Source of the DNA: an uncultured delta proteobacterium
Lineage (GTDB): Bacteria > Myxococcota_A > Polyangia > Fen-1088
Assembly (NCBI GenBank): GCA_963767925.1
Contig: CAVYGB010000001.1
Span: forward strand, 384,001 to 448,000
Length of the DNA: 64,000 nt
Reading direction: 5' to 3'
In this document: positions 51,538 to 64,000 of the stretch, piece by piece
How the letters are laid out: each line of letters begins with the position of its first letter
How positions within the stretch are numbered: the stretch's first letter is position 1
Notes under the pieces: generated by a model
What the model was told of the DNA's origin: nothing
The model's database searches: none
The model's input: only the letters and a program-made list of their open reading frames with translations
Made by a program: the position numbers and the translations under genes

Positions 51538-53895
51538 ATGGGCACGCACAACCATCTGAACCGCACCGTCCTTCCCATCCCTGACCAACCCCCGGTGCAG
51601 CCGCCCGTGTACGACGCCCGGGATCCCGAGGCGAGCTACCCGAAGATCGAGCCGCTGCGGCCCCCGGCGGGCTCGCCCAACGTGCTCGTCATCCTGCTCG
51701 ATGACGTCGGCTTCGGCGCCTCGAGCGCCTTCGGTGGCCCCTGCCGCACGCCCACCGCCGAGCGGCTGGCGGCCTCCGGGCTCAAGTACAACCGCTTTCA
51801 CACCACCGCGCTCTGCTCGCCCACCCGGGCCGCCCTGCTGACCGGGCGCAACCACCACGCGGTGGGGATGGGCGGGATCACCGAGATCGCCACCTCGGCC
51901 CCCGGGTACAACTCCATCCGACCCAACAGCGCGGCCCCCCTGGCCGAGATCCTGCGGCTCAACGGCTACTCGACCGCCCAGTTCGGCAAGTGCCACGAGG
52001 TTCCCGCCTGGGAGGTGAGCCCGGTGGGCCCCTTCGACCGCTGGCCCACCGGGTCCGGCTTCGAGTACTTCTTCGGGTTCATCGCCGGCGAGACCAACCA
52101 GTATCACCCGAGCCTCTTCGAGAACACGGTCTCGGTCGAGCCCGACCGGACCCCCGAACAGGGCTATCACCTGATGGTCGATCTGGCCGACCGGGCCAGC
52201 ACCTGGGTCCGGCAGCAGAAGGCCCTGGCGCCCGACAAACCCTACTTCGTCTATTTCGCGCCGGGGGCGACCCACGCGCCCCATCACGTGCCGCGGGCCT
52301 GGATCGACAAGTACAAGGGCAAGTTCGACCAGGGCTGGGACGTGCTCCGCGAGGAGACCTTCGCCCGCCAGAAGGCCCTGGGGGTGATCCCCGCGGAGGC
52401 CGAGCTGACCCGCCGGCACCAGGAGATCCCGGCCTGGGAGGACGTGCCGGCGGACATGAAGCCCGTCCTCACCCGCGAGATGGAGGTCTACGCCGCCTTC
52501 CTCGAGTTCGCCGACCACCAGGTCGGCCGGCTGATCGACGCCCTCAAGGAGCAGGGCCTGCTCGAGAACACCCTCATCTACTACATCATCGGGGACAACG
52601 GCGCCTCGGGCGAGGGCGGGCTCAATGGCACCTTCAACGAGTCGTTCCTCTTCAACGACGCGGCCGACCTGGAGACCCCGAGCTTCCTCCGGGAACGGAT
52701 CGACAAGCTGGGGGGCCCCGAGTGCTACAACCACTACGCGGTTGGCTGGGCCCACGCCATGGACACCCCCTACCAGTGGACCAAGCAGGTGGCCTCCCAC
52801 TGGGGTGGCACCCGCAACGGGACCGTCGTCCACTGGCCGCGCGGGATCAGGAGTCGGGGGGAGCTGCGCAGCCAGTTTCACCACGTCATCGACCTGGCGC
52901 CCACCGTCCTCGAGGCGGCCGGCCTGCCGCAGCCGGTGTTCGTGCACGGCGTGCAGCAGATGCCCATGCACGGCGTGAGCATGGCCTACTCGTTCGACGA
53001 CGGCGCGGCCCCCGAAAGACACCAGACCCAGTACTTCGAGATGTTCGGCAACCGGGGCATCTACCACCGGGGCTGGACCGCCGTGACCAAACACCGCACC
53101 CCCTGGCTCAACAAGCCGGAGACCGACCTCGACCACGACGTCTGGGAGCTGTACGACACGACCCGGGACTGGACCCAGGCCCGCGACCTGGCCCACGAGG
53201 AGCCCGAGCGGCTGCGAGCGCTGCAGCGGCTGTGGCTGATCGAGGCCGCGCGAAACAACGTCCTGCCGCTCGACGACCGCTCGGCCGAACGGTTCAACGC
53301 CGACCTCGCCGGGCGCCCCCAGCTCGTGCAGGGCCGCTCGCAGACGCTGTTCGGAGGTGTGGGCCGGCTGACCGAGAACGCCGCCCTCAACGTGAAGAAC
53401 AAGTCGCACACGGTGACCGCGGAGGTCATCGTCGGCTCCGATCCGGCCGGGGTCATCATCGCCCAGGGAGGCGCCTTCGGCGGCTGGAGCATGTACCTGC
53501 GCGAGGGCCGCCCCGAATACTGTTACAACCTGCTCGGCCTGGAGCGGTACGTGGTATCGGCCGACGCGCCCCTGCCGGCGGGCAAACACCAGGTGCGGAT
53601 GGAGTTCGCCTACGACGGCGGCGGGCTGGGCAAGGGGGGGACGGTGCGCCTCTACGTGGATGGGGCCCCGGTGGGGGAGGGGAGGGTGGACCGCACCCAG
53701 GCCTTCGTCTTCTCCGGGGACGAGACCCTCGACATCGGCCGCGAGGAGGGGACCCGGGTCACCGACGGCGCCCTCCAGGGCTCCAGCCACTTTACCGGCA
53801 CCGTGAGCTGGGTTCAGCTCGATCTGGGGGCGGACGACTTCGACCACTTCGTCACGCCCGAGGAGCGCCTGCGCATCGCCATGGCCCGCCAGTAG
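51538..53895 (+). CDS. Arylsulfatase (Cys-type, formylglycine-dependent)
   Basis: [34 protein letters not shown] and a C-terminal LamG-like region. Confidence 0.95.
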   Translation: MGTHNHLNRTVLPIPDQPPVQPPVYDARDPEASYPKIEPLRPPAGSPNVLVILLDDVGFGASSAFGGPCRTPTAERLAASGLKYNRFHTTALCSPTRAALLTGRNHHAVGMGGITEIATSAPGYNSIRPNSAAPLAEILRLNGYSTAQFGKCHEVPAWEVSPVGPFDRWPTGSGFEYFFGFIAGETNQYHPSLFENTVSVEPDRTPEQGYHLMVDLADRASTWVRQQKALAPDKPYFVYFAPGATHAPHHVPRAWIDKYKGKFDQGWDVLREETFARQKALGVIPAEAELTRRHQEIPAWEDVPADMKPVLTREMEVYAAFLEFADHQVGRLIDALKEQGLLENTLIYYIIGDNGASGEGGLNGTFNESFLFNDAADLETPSFLRERIDKLGGPECYNHYAVGWAHAMDTPYQWTKQVASHWGGTRNGTVVHWPRGIRSRGELRSQFHHVIDLAPTVLEAAGLPQPVFVHGVQQMPMHGVSMAYSFDDGAAPERHQTQYFEMFGNRGIYHRGWTAVTKHRTPWLNKPETDLDHDVWELYDTTRDWTQARDLAHEEPERLRALQRLWLIEAARNNVLPLDDRSAERFNADLAGRPQLVQGRSQTLFGGVGRLTENAALNVKNKSHTVTAEVIVGSDPAGVIIAQGGAFGGWSMYLREGRPEYCYNLLGLERYVVSADAPLPAGKHQVRMEFAYDGGGLGKGGTVRLYVDGAPVGEGRVDRTQAFVFSGDETLDIGREEGTRVTDGALQGSSHFTGTVSWVQLDLGADDFDHFVTPEERLRIAMARQ

Positions 53896-54017
53896 GCCTC
53901 GCGGGCGCCGGCGGCTGGAACCGGGCCACGTCGGGCGGGCACGGCTTCGAGGGGGGCGGGGCGGCCGGCCGTTGTCATCGACGGCGGCGCCACGCACGTT
54001 GCTCGTGGGAGGTCGCG

Positions 54018-56760
<2,743 letters not shown>

Positions 56761-56780
56761 TCGCCGCCGAAGGCTGGGCG

Positions 56781-56975
56781 TCAGCGGTAGGTGATGTCGG
56801 ACGGCACGAACCGGCAGTGCGTGCCGTCCGGGCCGCTGCCCAGCCTGGCGGGCTCGCCGCGGGTGACACCGCGGCAGCGGTCGCCCAGGCTGATCTTCTT
56901 GCCAGGGTCGCCGACGACCGTGATGCCGGTGAGCCTGGCGGGTCGCCGTGGTTGGCGTTGATGCCGCTGGATCTT
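56781..56975 (-). pseudogene. C-terminal remnant of a PL3-type pectate lyase
   Basis: GINANHGD, then a frameshift, then [16 protein letters not shown]...[25 protein letters not shown], matching my recollection of the PL3 C-terminus. Confidence 0.65.
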
Positions 56976-57386
56976 CGACCTCGAACAGGCGTTGCCGGGT
57001 TTCACCTAGGTTGAAACACCTATTTGCTTGACACATTTCCCTACATTGGATTGGATGCACGCAACTGGTCAGAGCGGCGGCTAGCGAATCGCACCCGTCC
57101 GGCAGCCACCACATATCATCCGATCCCGCAATTCCAGGCCTCTCGCCGTTCGAAACCAGGGGCGGAACGCGCGCAGTCCTCGGGGGCCGCTCGATCCAAC
57201 CGGAAAGCCTCGCCTTTGCTCTTCGGCCGAAGAGCGAGGGTCGACGCCTATCGGGTGGTTGTTCTCTGTCCGAGTAACTGGCGGGCGGGGGCGCGGTCAA
57301 CCCGGACTACCGATCCGTTGCGCGAGATTCACAACGTAACGCTGGGATCAGGAGCGTCGTTGGCAACCTGAAAAACTGGAGAATCC

Positions 57387-57869
57387 ATGTACACGAAGAG
57401 AACGGCTTTGTCTTTTCTGGTCTGCTGTATTTGGTCGGGAGCCATCAGCAACGTGGCCATGGCCCAGAAGCAATCGCCTTCGCTCGGGGGCGGAGGGAAC
57501 GAAGGGATCAGCAACCAGGAAGAGCTGATCAAGAAGTACAAGAATCGCCGGGTCCTGCTCGATCCCCGTGACTTCGCCCCGACCACGCAGAAGCCGGGTC
57601 CCGAGAAGCCGTCGCCCGAGGAGTGCAGGAAGGTGGCCCGGGATTGCGACATCTGCGTGGAGCAGCTCCTGGTGGGCGCCCATACCTGCGTGGCTGGCCT
57701 CTTCTGGGTCGGTCCGCTGATCTCCGTGGGCGGCTGCGCGGTGGGGTTCTTCGCCGCCACCTGGCGGTTCTGCTCGCGGAACTCCGACTGTGAGCTCGCC
57801 GAGAAGTGCCGGGAGGCCGGGATCATTCGCGCCGAGCCCCCCCGGGCGTCGATCCGGGCAAGCGCCTGA
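57387..57869 (+). CDS. Secreted Cys-rich protein with hydrophobic core (bacteriocin-like precursor?)
   Basis: GGAGA RBS, Sec signal ending AMA-Q, charged pro-region, and 8 Cys around an uncharged Gly/Ala/Val/aromatic stretch. Confidence 0.75.
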   Translation: MYTKRTALSFLVCCIWSGAISNVAMAQKQSPSLGGGGNEGISNQEELIKKYKNRRVLLDPRDFAPTTQKPGPEKPSPEECRKVARDCDICVEQLLVGAHTCVAGLFWVGPLISVGGCAVGFFAATWRFCSRNSDCELAEKCREAGIIRAEPPRASIRASA

Positions 57870-57968
57870 AGTTCGACGGGAAGAACTTCTCGGAGGTAGA
57901 GGGCCCCAGGCGGCGAGCGCCTTCGGCCCGCTAGCCGAGCGCGCGAGCGTGAGCAGACGGCGGCGCCG

Positions 57969-58775
57969 ATGGTGAGCCCGACCCCCGTGGTATCCCCAGC
58001 ACGACCGGACACAGACGGGCGCGTGATCCGTGTGGACGGGCTCACGAAGGCGTTCGGGGCGAAGGTGGCCCTCGACAATGTGACGCTCGAGATCAACCGG
58101 GGCCAGATCTGCGCGCTGCTGGGTCCCAACGGTGCGGGCAAGTCTACCTTGATGAACCTGCTCCTGGGGCTCGTCGAGCCGAGCGCCGGGCGCTGCACGG
58201 TCCTTGGCCACGATCCGGGCTCCGAGGCCCTGGCGATAAAACGACGGACCGGAGTGGTGCCCGAGGGCTCGGCGCTCTTCGACAGGCTCACGGGGCGGGA
58301 ACAGCTCGAGTTCTGTGGGCGCATCTACGGTCTGGAGCCGGCCGAGCTCGGGTCGAGGATCGAGACGTTGCTGGATCTGACGGAGCTGACGAACGACGCC
58401 GACCGGGCCATCCTGGGGTACTCGACCGGGATGCGGAAGAAGATCGCTCTGTGCTGCGCCCTCGTTCATGGTCCGGAGCTGCTCTTGCTGGACGAGCCGT
58501 TCGAGAACCTGGACCCGCAGGCAGCCGCCACCATGCAGGCCGTCGTCAGGAAGATTGCGGTCGGGGCCGGGGTGACGGTGCTCATCGCCTCCCATGGGCT
58601 CCACGCCATCGAGAGCCTGGCCACCGATCTCGCCATCCTGGACAGGGGTCGGCTCGTCCTGTCCGGCGCTCTGGCGAGCCACCTCGGAGGGACGCGGAGC
58701 CTCGAGGACCTCTATCTCGGGATGGTCGGGCGGGATCCGGCGAAGGACACGAACCTCGGCTGGTTCGGCCGGTGA
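57969..58775 (+). CDS. ABC transporter ATP-binding protein
   Basis: GPNGAGKS, YSTGM signature, LLLLDEP, SH switch. Confidence 0.95.
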   Translation: MVSPTPVVSPARPDTDGRVIRVDGLTKAFGAKVALDNVTLEINRGQICALLGPNGAGKSTLMNLLLGLVEPSAGRCTVLGHDPGSEALAIKRRTGVVPEGSALFDRLTGREQLEFCGRIYGLEPAELGSRIETLLDLTELTNDADRAILGYSTGMRKKIALCCALVHGPELLLLDEPFENLDPQAAATMQAVVRKIAVGAGVTVLIASHGLHAIESLATDLAILDRGRLVLSGALASHLGGTRSLEDLYLGMVGRDPAKDTNLGWFGR

Positions 58776-60301
58776 AGGATCTCTTCGTCCTGATCCGCGT
58801 CCGGACGGTTTGCGCCTGGCGCCAGAGCCGGCTCGCGCTCGTACCGGGGCTCTTGCTCTACGCCGCCCTCGCCGCCGGCATGGTCTGGTTCGTGGCGCCG
58901 CTGGTCCGGGCGCTCGTACGGGCGAACGGCGCCAGCGCGTTCGTCCTGGTGCTCGGCTCGGTTCATCTCCTGTGGCTCCTGGCCAGCCTCGGGCCGGGGC
59001 TCTCCCCGCCGGTCCTCGATCTGCGGCCGCTCCGGCACCTTCCCGTGCGTCCAGTTTCTCTCGTCGTGGCCGATCTGGCGCTCGCCCTGACGGCGCCAAC
59101 CGGACCACCCCTCCTGCTCGTCGTGGCCATCGCGGTCGCGGGCATGGCCGCCGCGGGGCCCTGGGTCGTCCTCGCGGCCGCGGTCGCGGCGCTGTTCGTC
59201 GTTCTGGTCTCGGCTGCCCTGGGGCAGCTCATCGCCCGGACCTTGCGGCGGCTGTCACCGGGCGCGGTCCTGGTGGTGTTCGGGGCCTTTGCGGTGATGG
59301 TGTTCTTTGTCCTGCGGCGCCTGGGGAGTGGGTTCTGCGCGGCTCCGCTCGACCTGGGTGGGCTGGCGGCCATGCTCGACGGGGTCGCAGGGCTCGCGAT
59401 CTACGTTCCGACGTTGAGCTTCCCGGCCCTGCTCGTCGCGGCGACGGCCGAGGGCGATGTCCCGCGCGCGGCGCTCGCGGTCACGGGCGCCGTGGTGATC
59501 TCCGGCCTGGCCATCGCGGCGCTGGCGCGCGCCATCGCCGTGGCCCTGTCCGGCGGTCGACCCTCTGGCCAGCGGATCCTCGCCCCGCGCCGCCGAGGCG
59601 TGGCGGGGTCTTCCGCGGGGGTGCTCCGGACACTGGTGGGCCGGGAGCTCCAGGAGATTCGCCGGGGCAACACCGTCGTCGCCCTGCCGCTCGTGGTCGT
59701 GCCCCTGGGCCTGTTGTGGGGGACGCTCCGCTGGCCGGCGGAGCACGCCCTGGTCTTCAACGCTGTCTATTCGGCCGCGCCGATGCTGGTGTTCTCGACC
59801 AACGCCTTCGGCTTCGACCGCGAGGCGAACCGCCTTCTCTTCCAGCTGCCCATCCCGGCCGGGAGGCTCCTGCTGGCGAAGAACCTGCTCTGTCTCGCGA
59901 TCGCGGGCGCCATCTGCCTGGGGGTCTCGCTGGTCGGGGCGCTGAGCGGCAGACTCGGACCGTCGTCCTTGCTGTGGACCATCGTCGTCTTCGTGTCGGT
60001 GAACGGCGGGTTTCTGTGCCTGGGAAACCTCCTGAGCATCTACAACCCCAGGCCGATGGTCGCCGAGACCGGCGGGATTCCCCGAGCCGTGGCGATCTGG
60101 ACCGTCGTTCAGCTCGCGGCAGCGGTGGCGCTGAGCGGGGCGTTCCGGGAGCTGCTGCGCATCTCTCGTGAGGCTCCCGCGATACCCGTCGCCGTTGCCT
60201 TTGCCGCCGCCGGCGCCTGGGTCGCTTCCGCGGCCCTGGCCGGCCGGATGATCGACGCTCGCACCGAGAAGTTCCTCGCCCGCCTCACCGCACGCACCTG
60301 A
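58772..60301 (+). CDS. ABC-2-type permease, ~12 TM
   Basis: GTGA overlap with the ATPase gene; highly hydrophobic; NAFGFDREA...LPIP...LLLAKN. Confidence 0.85.
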   Translation: MKDLFVLIRVRTVCAWRQSRLALVPGLLLYAALAAGMVWFVAPLVRALVRANGASAFVLVLGSVHLLWLLASLGPGLSPPVLDLRPLRHLPVRPVSLVVADLALALTAPTGPPLLLVVAIAVAGMAAAGPWVVLAAAVAALFVVLVSAALGQLIARTLRRLSPGAVLVVFGAFAVMVFFVLRRLGSGFCAAPLDLGGLAAMLDGVAGLAIYVPTLSFPALLVAATAEGDVPRAALAVTGAVVISGLAIAALARAIAVALSGGRPSGQRILAPRRRGVAGSSAGVLRTLVGRELQEIRRGNTVVALPLVVVPLGLLWGTLRWPAEHALVFNAVYSAAPMLVFSTNAFGFDREANRLLFQLPIPAGRLLLAKNLLCLAIAGAICLGVSLVGALSGRLGPSSLLWTIVVFVSVNGGFLCLGNLLSIYNPRPMVAETGGIPRAVAIWTVVQLAAAVALSGAFRELLRISREAPAIPVAVAFAAAGAWVASAALAGRMIDARTEKFLARLTART

Positions 60302-60329
60302 AGAAGAGGGTTGTGGCCGGCAGGGGGCG

Positions 60330-60560
60330 ATGGGCATCGTCGCCGACTCCGACATCCTCTACCTCGACCACGCCACGAAGTTCTTCCGGCTGCTCGGCGG
60401 CGACGTCCCCGGCGACATGGTCCCCCGGTCCAGATCGCAGCTCGCGATCATCCCCGGGGGGACCCACGTGACGATGATGCTCGAGAAGGCCCCCCTGGTC
60501 ACCGGCATGATCGTCACCTTCCTCGACGAGAAGCGAGCCCGTCTCGCCCCGCCCCCGGTC
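60330..60560 (+). pseudogene. C-terminal remnant of an alpha/beta hydrolase
   Basis: IVADSDIL...HATKFFRLLGG...SQLAIIPGGTHVTMM...IVTFLD; no N-terminal part is present. Confidence 0.65.
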
Positions 60561-61917
60561 AGGGGGCGGCGGGGCCCACGTCGGCTTCGGTGAGGGGGCG
60601 GCGGGAGGGGTTCTGCGGGGTGAGGGGGGCGCCGGCGCCGGCTTCGAGGCGGGTGGCGCGGTCGGCGTCGCTGGTTGCGGTGAGGTTGGCCTGGACGCGG
60701 GTGCCGGTGCCGCTGTCGACGACGGGCGGGGCGGGGCCCTGGACCAGGTTGTTGGCGATCAGGCAGTCGAGGGGGGGCAGGTCGCCGCGGCCCCCGACCG
60801 TGATCCCGGAGCCGCGCAGGATGGTGTTGTTCACGACCTGGGCCCGGTAGACCCGGTAAAACTCCCGGCCGTTCGTGTCGGTGTCGGGGTTGCTGCCTCC
60901 GCGCAGCAGGATGGCGGGCGAGGCCTGGATGTCCTCGAAGGTGTTGCCCCAGATCTTGTGGTCGGCGCCCAGGACCCGGATGCCGCGGGCGGAGGGCAAG
61001 CCGTCGGCGAGCATGAAGTTGCCGTAGACCTGGGTCCGGTTCCCGTGCCGCAGGGTGATCTCGCCGTTGGTGGCCCGATAGGTGTTGTAGCGGACGATGG
61101 CGTCCGAGCTCTTGACCGAGATGGTCTCCGGGTCGCCCGAGGCGCCCTTGAACAGGTTGAGCTCGATGACGTTGAACCCCTTCGAGGGGGCCAGGCCCGA
61201 GGAGCCGAGGCGGATGGCCTCCCAGCCGTTGCCGCCGCCGTAGGTGATGTCGTGGAAGAAGTTGCGATCGATCCGGTTGTGCTGGGCGACCTGCTGGTCT
61301 TTGCCAGCCACCATGATCATGTTGCCCACCAGCTTCTTGGGCCCGAGGTCGTTGCGGTCGATCCGGATGTGGTGGCTGGTGCCGGAGATGGTGATCCAGT
61401 CCCGGTCGGCCACCTCCTCCGGTCGGATCTGGCACCGGCTCAGGCGGCAGTGTTCGGAGTCCTTGATCTGGATGGCCCCGCTGCTGCTGAACAGCAGCCC
61501 CTCGATCACGACGTGCGCGGCGCCGGCCAGCTCGAGGTCGCCGGTCGACACGACGGCCGCGAGCCGGTTCTGGGCCCGGATCACGATCGGTCGGTCGGCG
61601 GTGCCCCGCTGGTTGATCACCGGAAAGCTGTACGCCCCGTCCTGGAGGACCAGGCAGTCGCCCGGCTGGACCGCGGCGAGGGCCGACGCGAGGGCGCTGG
61701 TCCCGCTGACCGGCACGGTCCGGGCGCAGGCCGGCAGCGGCTCGTCCGGGCTGACCGCCTGCATCGCCGGCGCAGCGACCGGCCCGGACGACGCACCCGG
61801 CGCGCCGCCGGGCATCCCGTTGCCGTTCCCCCCGGCCTGGTGGCCACAAGCCAGCGGAATCGATGCCAGAACACAACACCGGGCAAGCAACCGACGCAGG
61901 AACGACTGAGTGGACAT
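60559..61917 (-). CDS. PL6 (chondroitinase B/alginate lyase-like) lipoprotein
   Basis: PLAC lipobox, PGDCLVLQDG, NGWEAIRLG, ETISVKSS, ITLRHGN, GIRV. Confidence 0.9.
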   Translation of the reverse strand: MSTQSFLRRLLARCCVLASIPLACGHQAGGNGNGMPGGAPGASSGPVAAPAMQAVSPDEPLPACARTVPVSGTSALASALAAVQPGDCLVLQDGAYSFPVINQRGTADRPIVIRAQNRLAAVVSTGDLELAGAAHVVIEGLLFSSSGAIQIKDSEHCRLSRCQIRPEEVADRDWITISGTSHHIRIDRNDLGPKKLVGNMIMVAGKDQQVAQHNRIDRNFFHDITYGGGNGWEAIRLGSSGLAPSKGFNVIELNLFKGASGDPETISVKSSDAIVRYNTYRATNGEITLRHGNRTQVYGNFMLADGLPSARGIRVLGADHKIWGNTFEDIQASPAILLRGGSNPDTDTNGREFYRVYRAQVVNNTILRGSGITVGGRGDLPPLDCLIANNLVQGPAPPVVDSGTGTRVQANLTATSDADRATRLEAGAGAPLTPQNPSRRPLTEADVGPAAP

Positions 61918-62258
61918 GCCTACTAAGTGTCAGGAGCCCACCCCGACAGAGCAGCTCCCGCGAGCGCCCCCCGTGCGCCCGCTTCAGACCGCCGCGTCTA
62001 TCCACGTAACGCGTTGAGCAGGATCTAGTCCGACGGGCGCAACGGTGGGCAGCGCCGGTCATCACGGCCACGGCCCTGCTTCCGACGCTGACGCTCGATC
62101 CGCAGGGTGGGTTTCTCCATGGCGCCGACCCCCAGCAAGGCGCCGTGTCGGTCATCTCCATCGGAGGCCAGGGACGGCTGGATGGCGCCTCGTACATCGA
62201 GGCGGCGCGCTGAAGCCTCGGCTTGCGGGCGAGAGGTCGCTCTAGCCGGAGGGGTCGA

Positions 62259-62468
62259 TCAGGCGGTGGGCCTGGTCGACGCCGCGGGCGGCTTGGCCTC
62301 CCGCGCGCTGGTGGTGGCGGCGGCGGTTTGCTTGGCGCGGGCGAGGGCGGTGGCCCAGCCGTCCTCCTCGTCGGGAAGGGGCGGCCGCCGCTGCTCCCGG
62401 GCCTGGGCGGCGGCGATGGCGGTGGTCCACTGCTCGTCTTCCGTGGGTTGCGTCTCTGTCTTCGTCTT
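62259..62468 (-). CDS. Small protein with a duplicated acidic-Trp helix
   Basis: EDEQWTTAIAAAQ and EEDGWATALARAK; GAGGAG RBS before the GTG. Confidence 0.5.
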   Translation of the reverse strand, partial: KTKTETQPTEDEQWTTAIAAAQAREQRRPPLPDEEDGWATALARAKQTAAATTSAREAKPPAASTRPTA

Positions 62469-62537
62469 CACTTCAGGCTCCTCTCTATTTTCGGCGGTCC
62501 GTGCGGGTGTCACGAAAGAACCTGCGCTTCGGTCGGG

Positions 62538-63239
62538 CTACTCGATCGTCGTTGGAACCGGGTAGAAGCGGAGCTGGACCAGCTTTGCGCCCTGGTTGTC
62601 GATCTGCCAGAAGTAGCTCTCGGGGTCGGGGTCGTCCTCGTCTTCGTCGTCGAGGTCGTCCTCGACGTCGGCGGGGTCGAAGCGCTCCAGGTCGCCGTCG
62701 TCGTCGCGATCGGCGAACAGGAACAGAAGCTCCCGCGTGACGTTCTGGAACCGGCTCATTCCCTTTTCGCGCACGGCGAGGTACGAGAACACGCTGCAAA
62801 ACGTCTCCGCGTCGTCCCGCGCGCAGCTCCGGGTCGTCGAGGACCCACCCGGCTTGCCCAGCGGCCGGGCAAACACCGAATAGGACGCGATGGCGTCGTC
62901 GTCCCGGTCGGGGGCGGGCAGGCGCACGGCGCCCCATCCGTCGGTGGCGTCGCCGTCGAGCACGGCGTAGTCGCCCACCGACAGGACGATCGTCGCCCGG
63001 CCCGAAGGCGGGACGAACAGGGTCGCCCCGTCGTCGTCCTCCGGGTCCTTCTCCTCGTCGCCGCCGGCCCCGCCGATGACGTTCAGCGTGAAGTGGTCGC
63101 CGGAGGGCGCGCCGTTGCCGGTCAGGTACGCCGGGTCCCCCTCGTCCTCCTCCCCATCGCCGCCCGACCCACATCCACCCCCCAGCGCCACCGCCAGACC
63201 GCCCGCTAGCACCACCCTGACCAGGAACCGCATCCGCAT
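62538..63239 (-). CDS. Acidic lipoprotein, hypothetical
   Basis: GGGC lipobox, TGNGAPSGDHFTLNVIG, Asp-rich loops, YFWQIDNQGAKLVQLRFY. Confidence 0.8.
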   Translation of the reverse strand: MRMRFLVRVVLAGGLAVALGGGCGSGGDGEEDEGDPAYLTGNGAPSGDHFTLNVIGGAGGDEEKDPEDDDGATLFVPPSGRATIVLSVGDYAVLDGDATDGWGAVRLPAPDRDDDAIASYSVFARPLGKPGGSSTTRSCARDDAETFCSVFSYLAVREKGMSRFQNVTRELLFLFADRDDDGDLERFDPADVEDDLDDEDEDDPDPESYFWQIDNQGAKLVQLRFYPVPTTIE

Positions 63240-63339
63240 CGCATCCCCCCCGAAAAAGGCGTGGGCGGCCCGCCGCCGAGCCCCTACGGAATCACCACAC
63301 CGCGTTCGCCAGTGTGAACGACCCACTCCCCGCCGGCGA

Positions 63340-64000
63340 TACATCCGTCCCGCCGCCATTTCATCGGAAATCCGGCGCCGCTGGATCCCCAGCGATCTCC
63401 CCACCCTGCAGGTTCGTTTCGCCCGGCTCCTCCCGTTGGGGTCGAGGTGCTCAGGCCCGGGGCGGTCGCCTCACTTGCGGCGATGCAGGTCTTGCCCTCG
63501 AGATCCACCTTCCAGTAGCGTCACGCCTCCTGCGCGATCAGCTCGAAGGGATTGGGGGTGCGCTCTCCCTTCTCCGCGTAGTAGACCAGCAGGTAGACGC
63601 TGGTGCCGCCTGCGTAGATCGGCCGGGTCGCCGGGCGGCCGCCCACCAGGTCGTTCAGGTTCAGGTAGTAGCTCGGGTCGAAGGTCTCCTCGCCGTTCTT
63701 GACCCGCAGCACGCCTCCCGGCCGAGCGCTGCCGAGGACTTGATGAACCGCCACGCCCTGCGCGCCGGTGAACAGGTAGAAGTCTCCGGAGTCCGCCTTG
63801 ACGCTGTAGATCGTGTCGGCGAGACGGTCGTCCTGCAGCAGGCTGATCACCCGATCCTGCTCGGTGTCGATGACGAGGAGGCCCGCCGCGGGCAGAAGGA
63901 CCGGCTGGGGGGGCACCGCGTTCAGGTCTCGCCAGCGCGTCGGCACGAAGAGCCGGTTGCCCCGATGGAAAGGCGTCTCGCCTTCGCCGCTGGTCTGGGG
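63340..64000 (-). pseudogene. MxcI/DUF4374-like protein 3' part, degenerate and partial at window edge
   Basis: GVLRVKNGEETFDPSYYLNLNDLVGGR; in-frame TGA at 63521-63523 within QEA*RYWKVDL where Trp is expected. Confidence 0.6.

Overview
High-GC bacterial DNA. Gene content (Ser/Thr kinase, CheB/CheR fusion, many Cys-lipoproteins, MxcI/DUF4374-like gene) suggests a myxobacterium, which is an inference. Positions 1-~15780 are the right part of an integrated, capsid-less, satellite-like element. It carries an AAA-ATPase tail plus S8 protease (IetAS-like defence cargo), an XRE repressor behind a four-box operator array, several hypotheticals (one ending in the SSB-type tail DDDIPF), two excisionase-like HTH genes, a Zn-finger/TOPRIM primase-helicase, a tyrosine integrase and a tRNA 3' fragment as att site. 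A complete IS4-family element with IRs and a 10-bp target duplication splits the excisionase next to the integrase. The remaining ~48 kb is an accessory mosaic: two-component genes, msrB, pal, a lone secretin, a pentapeptide-repeat CBM lipoprotein, an orphan groEL beside nhaR/HPF, CheB/CheR, sulfatase, a GH63-like enzyme, a PL6 lyase and many gene remnants. The best candidates for undescribed biology are: (i) a Cys-rich secreted hydrophobic-hairpin peptide with its own ABC transporter (57.4-60.3 kb), (ii) a promoter motif shared by groEL, the HPF gene and a Zn-ribbon gene, suggesting a local NhaR regulon, and (iii) the satellite-like element itself. Several single-base frameshifts may be sequencing errors. 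All family assignments are from motif recognition by eye; no database search was run.
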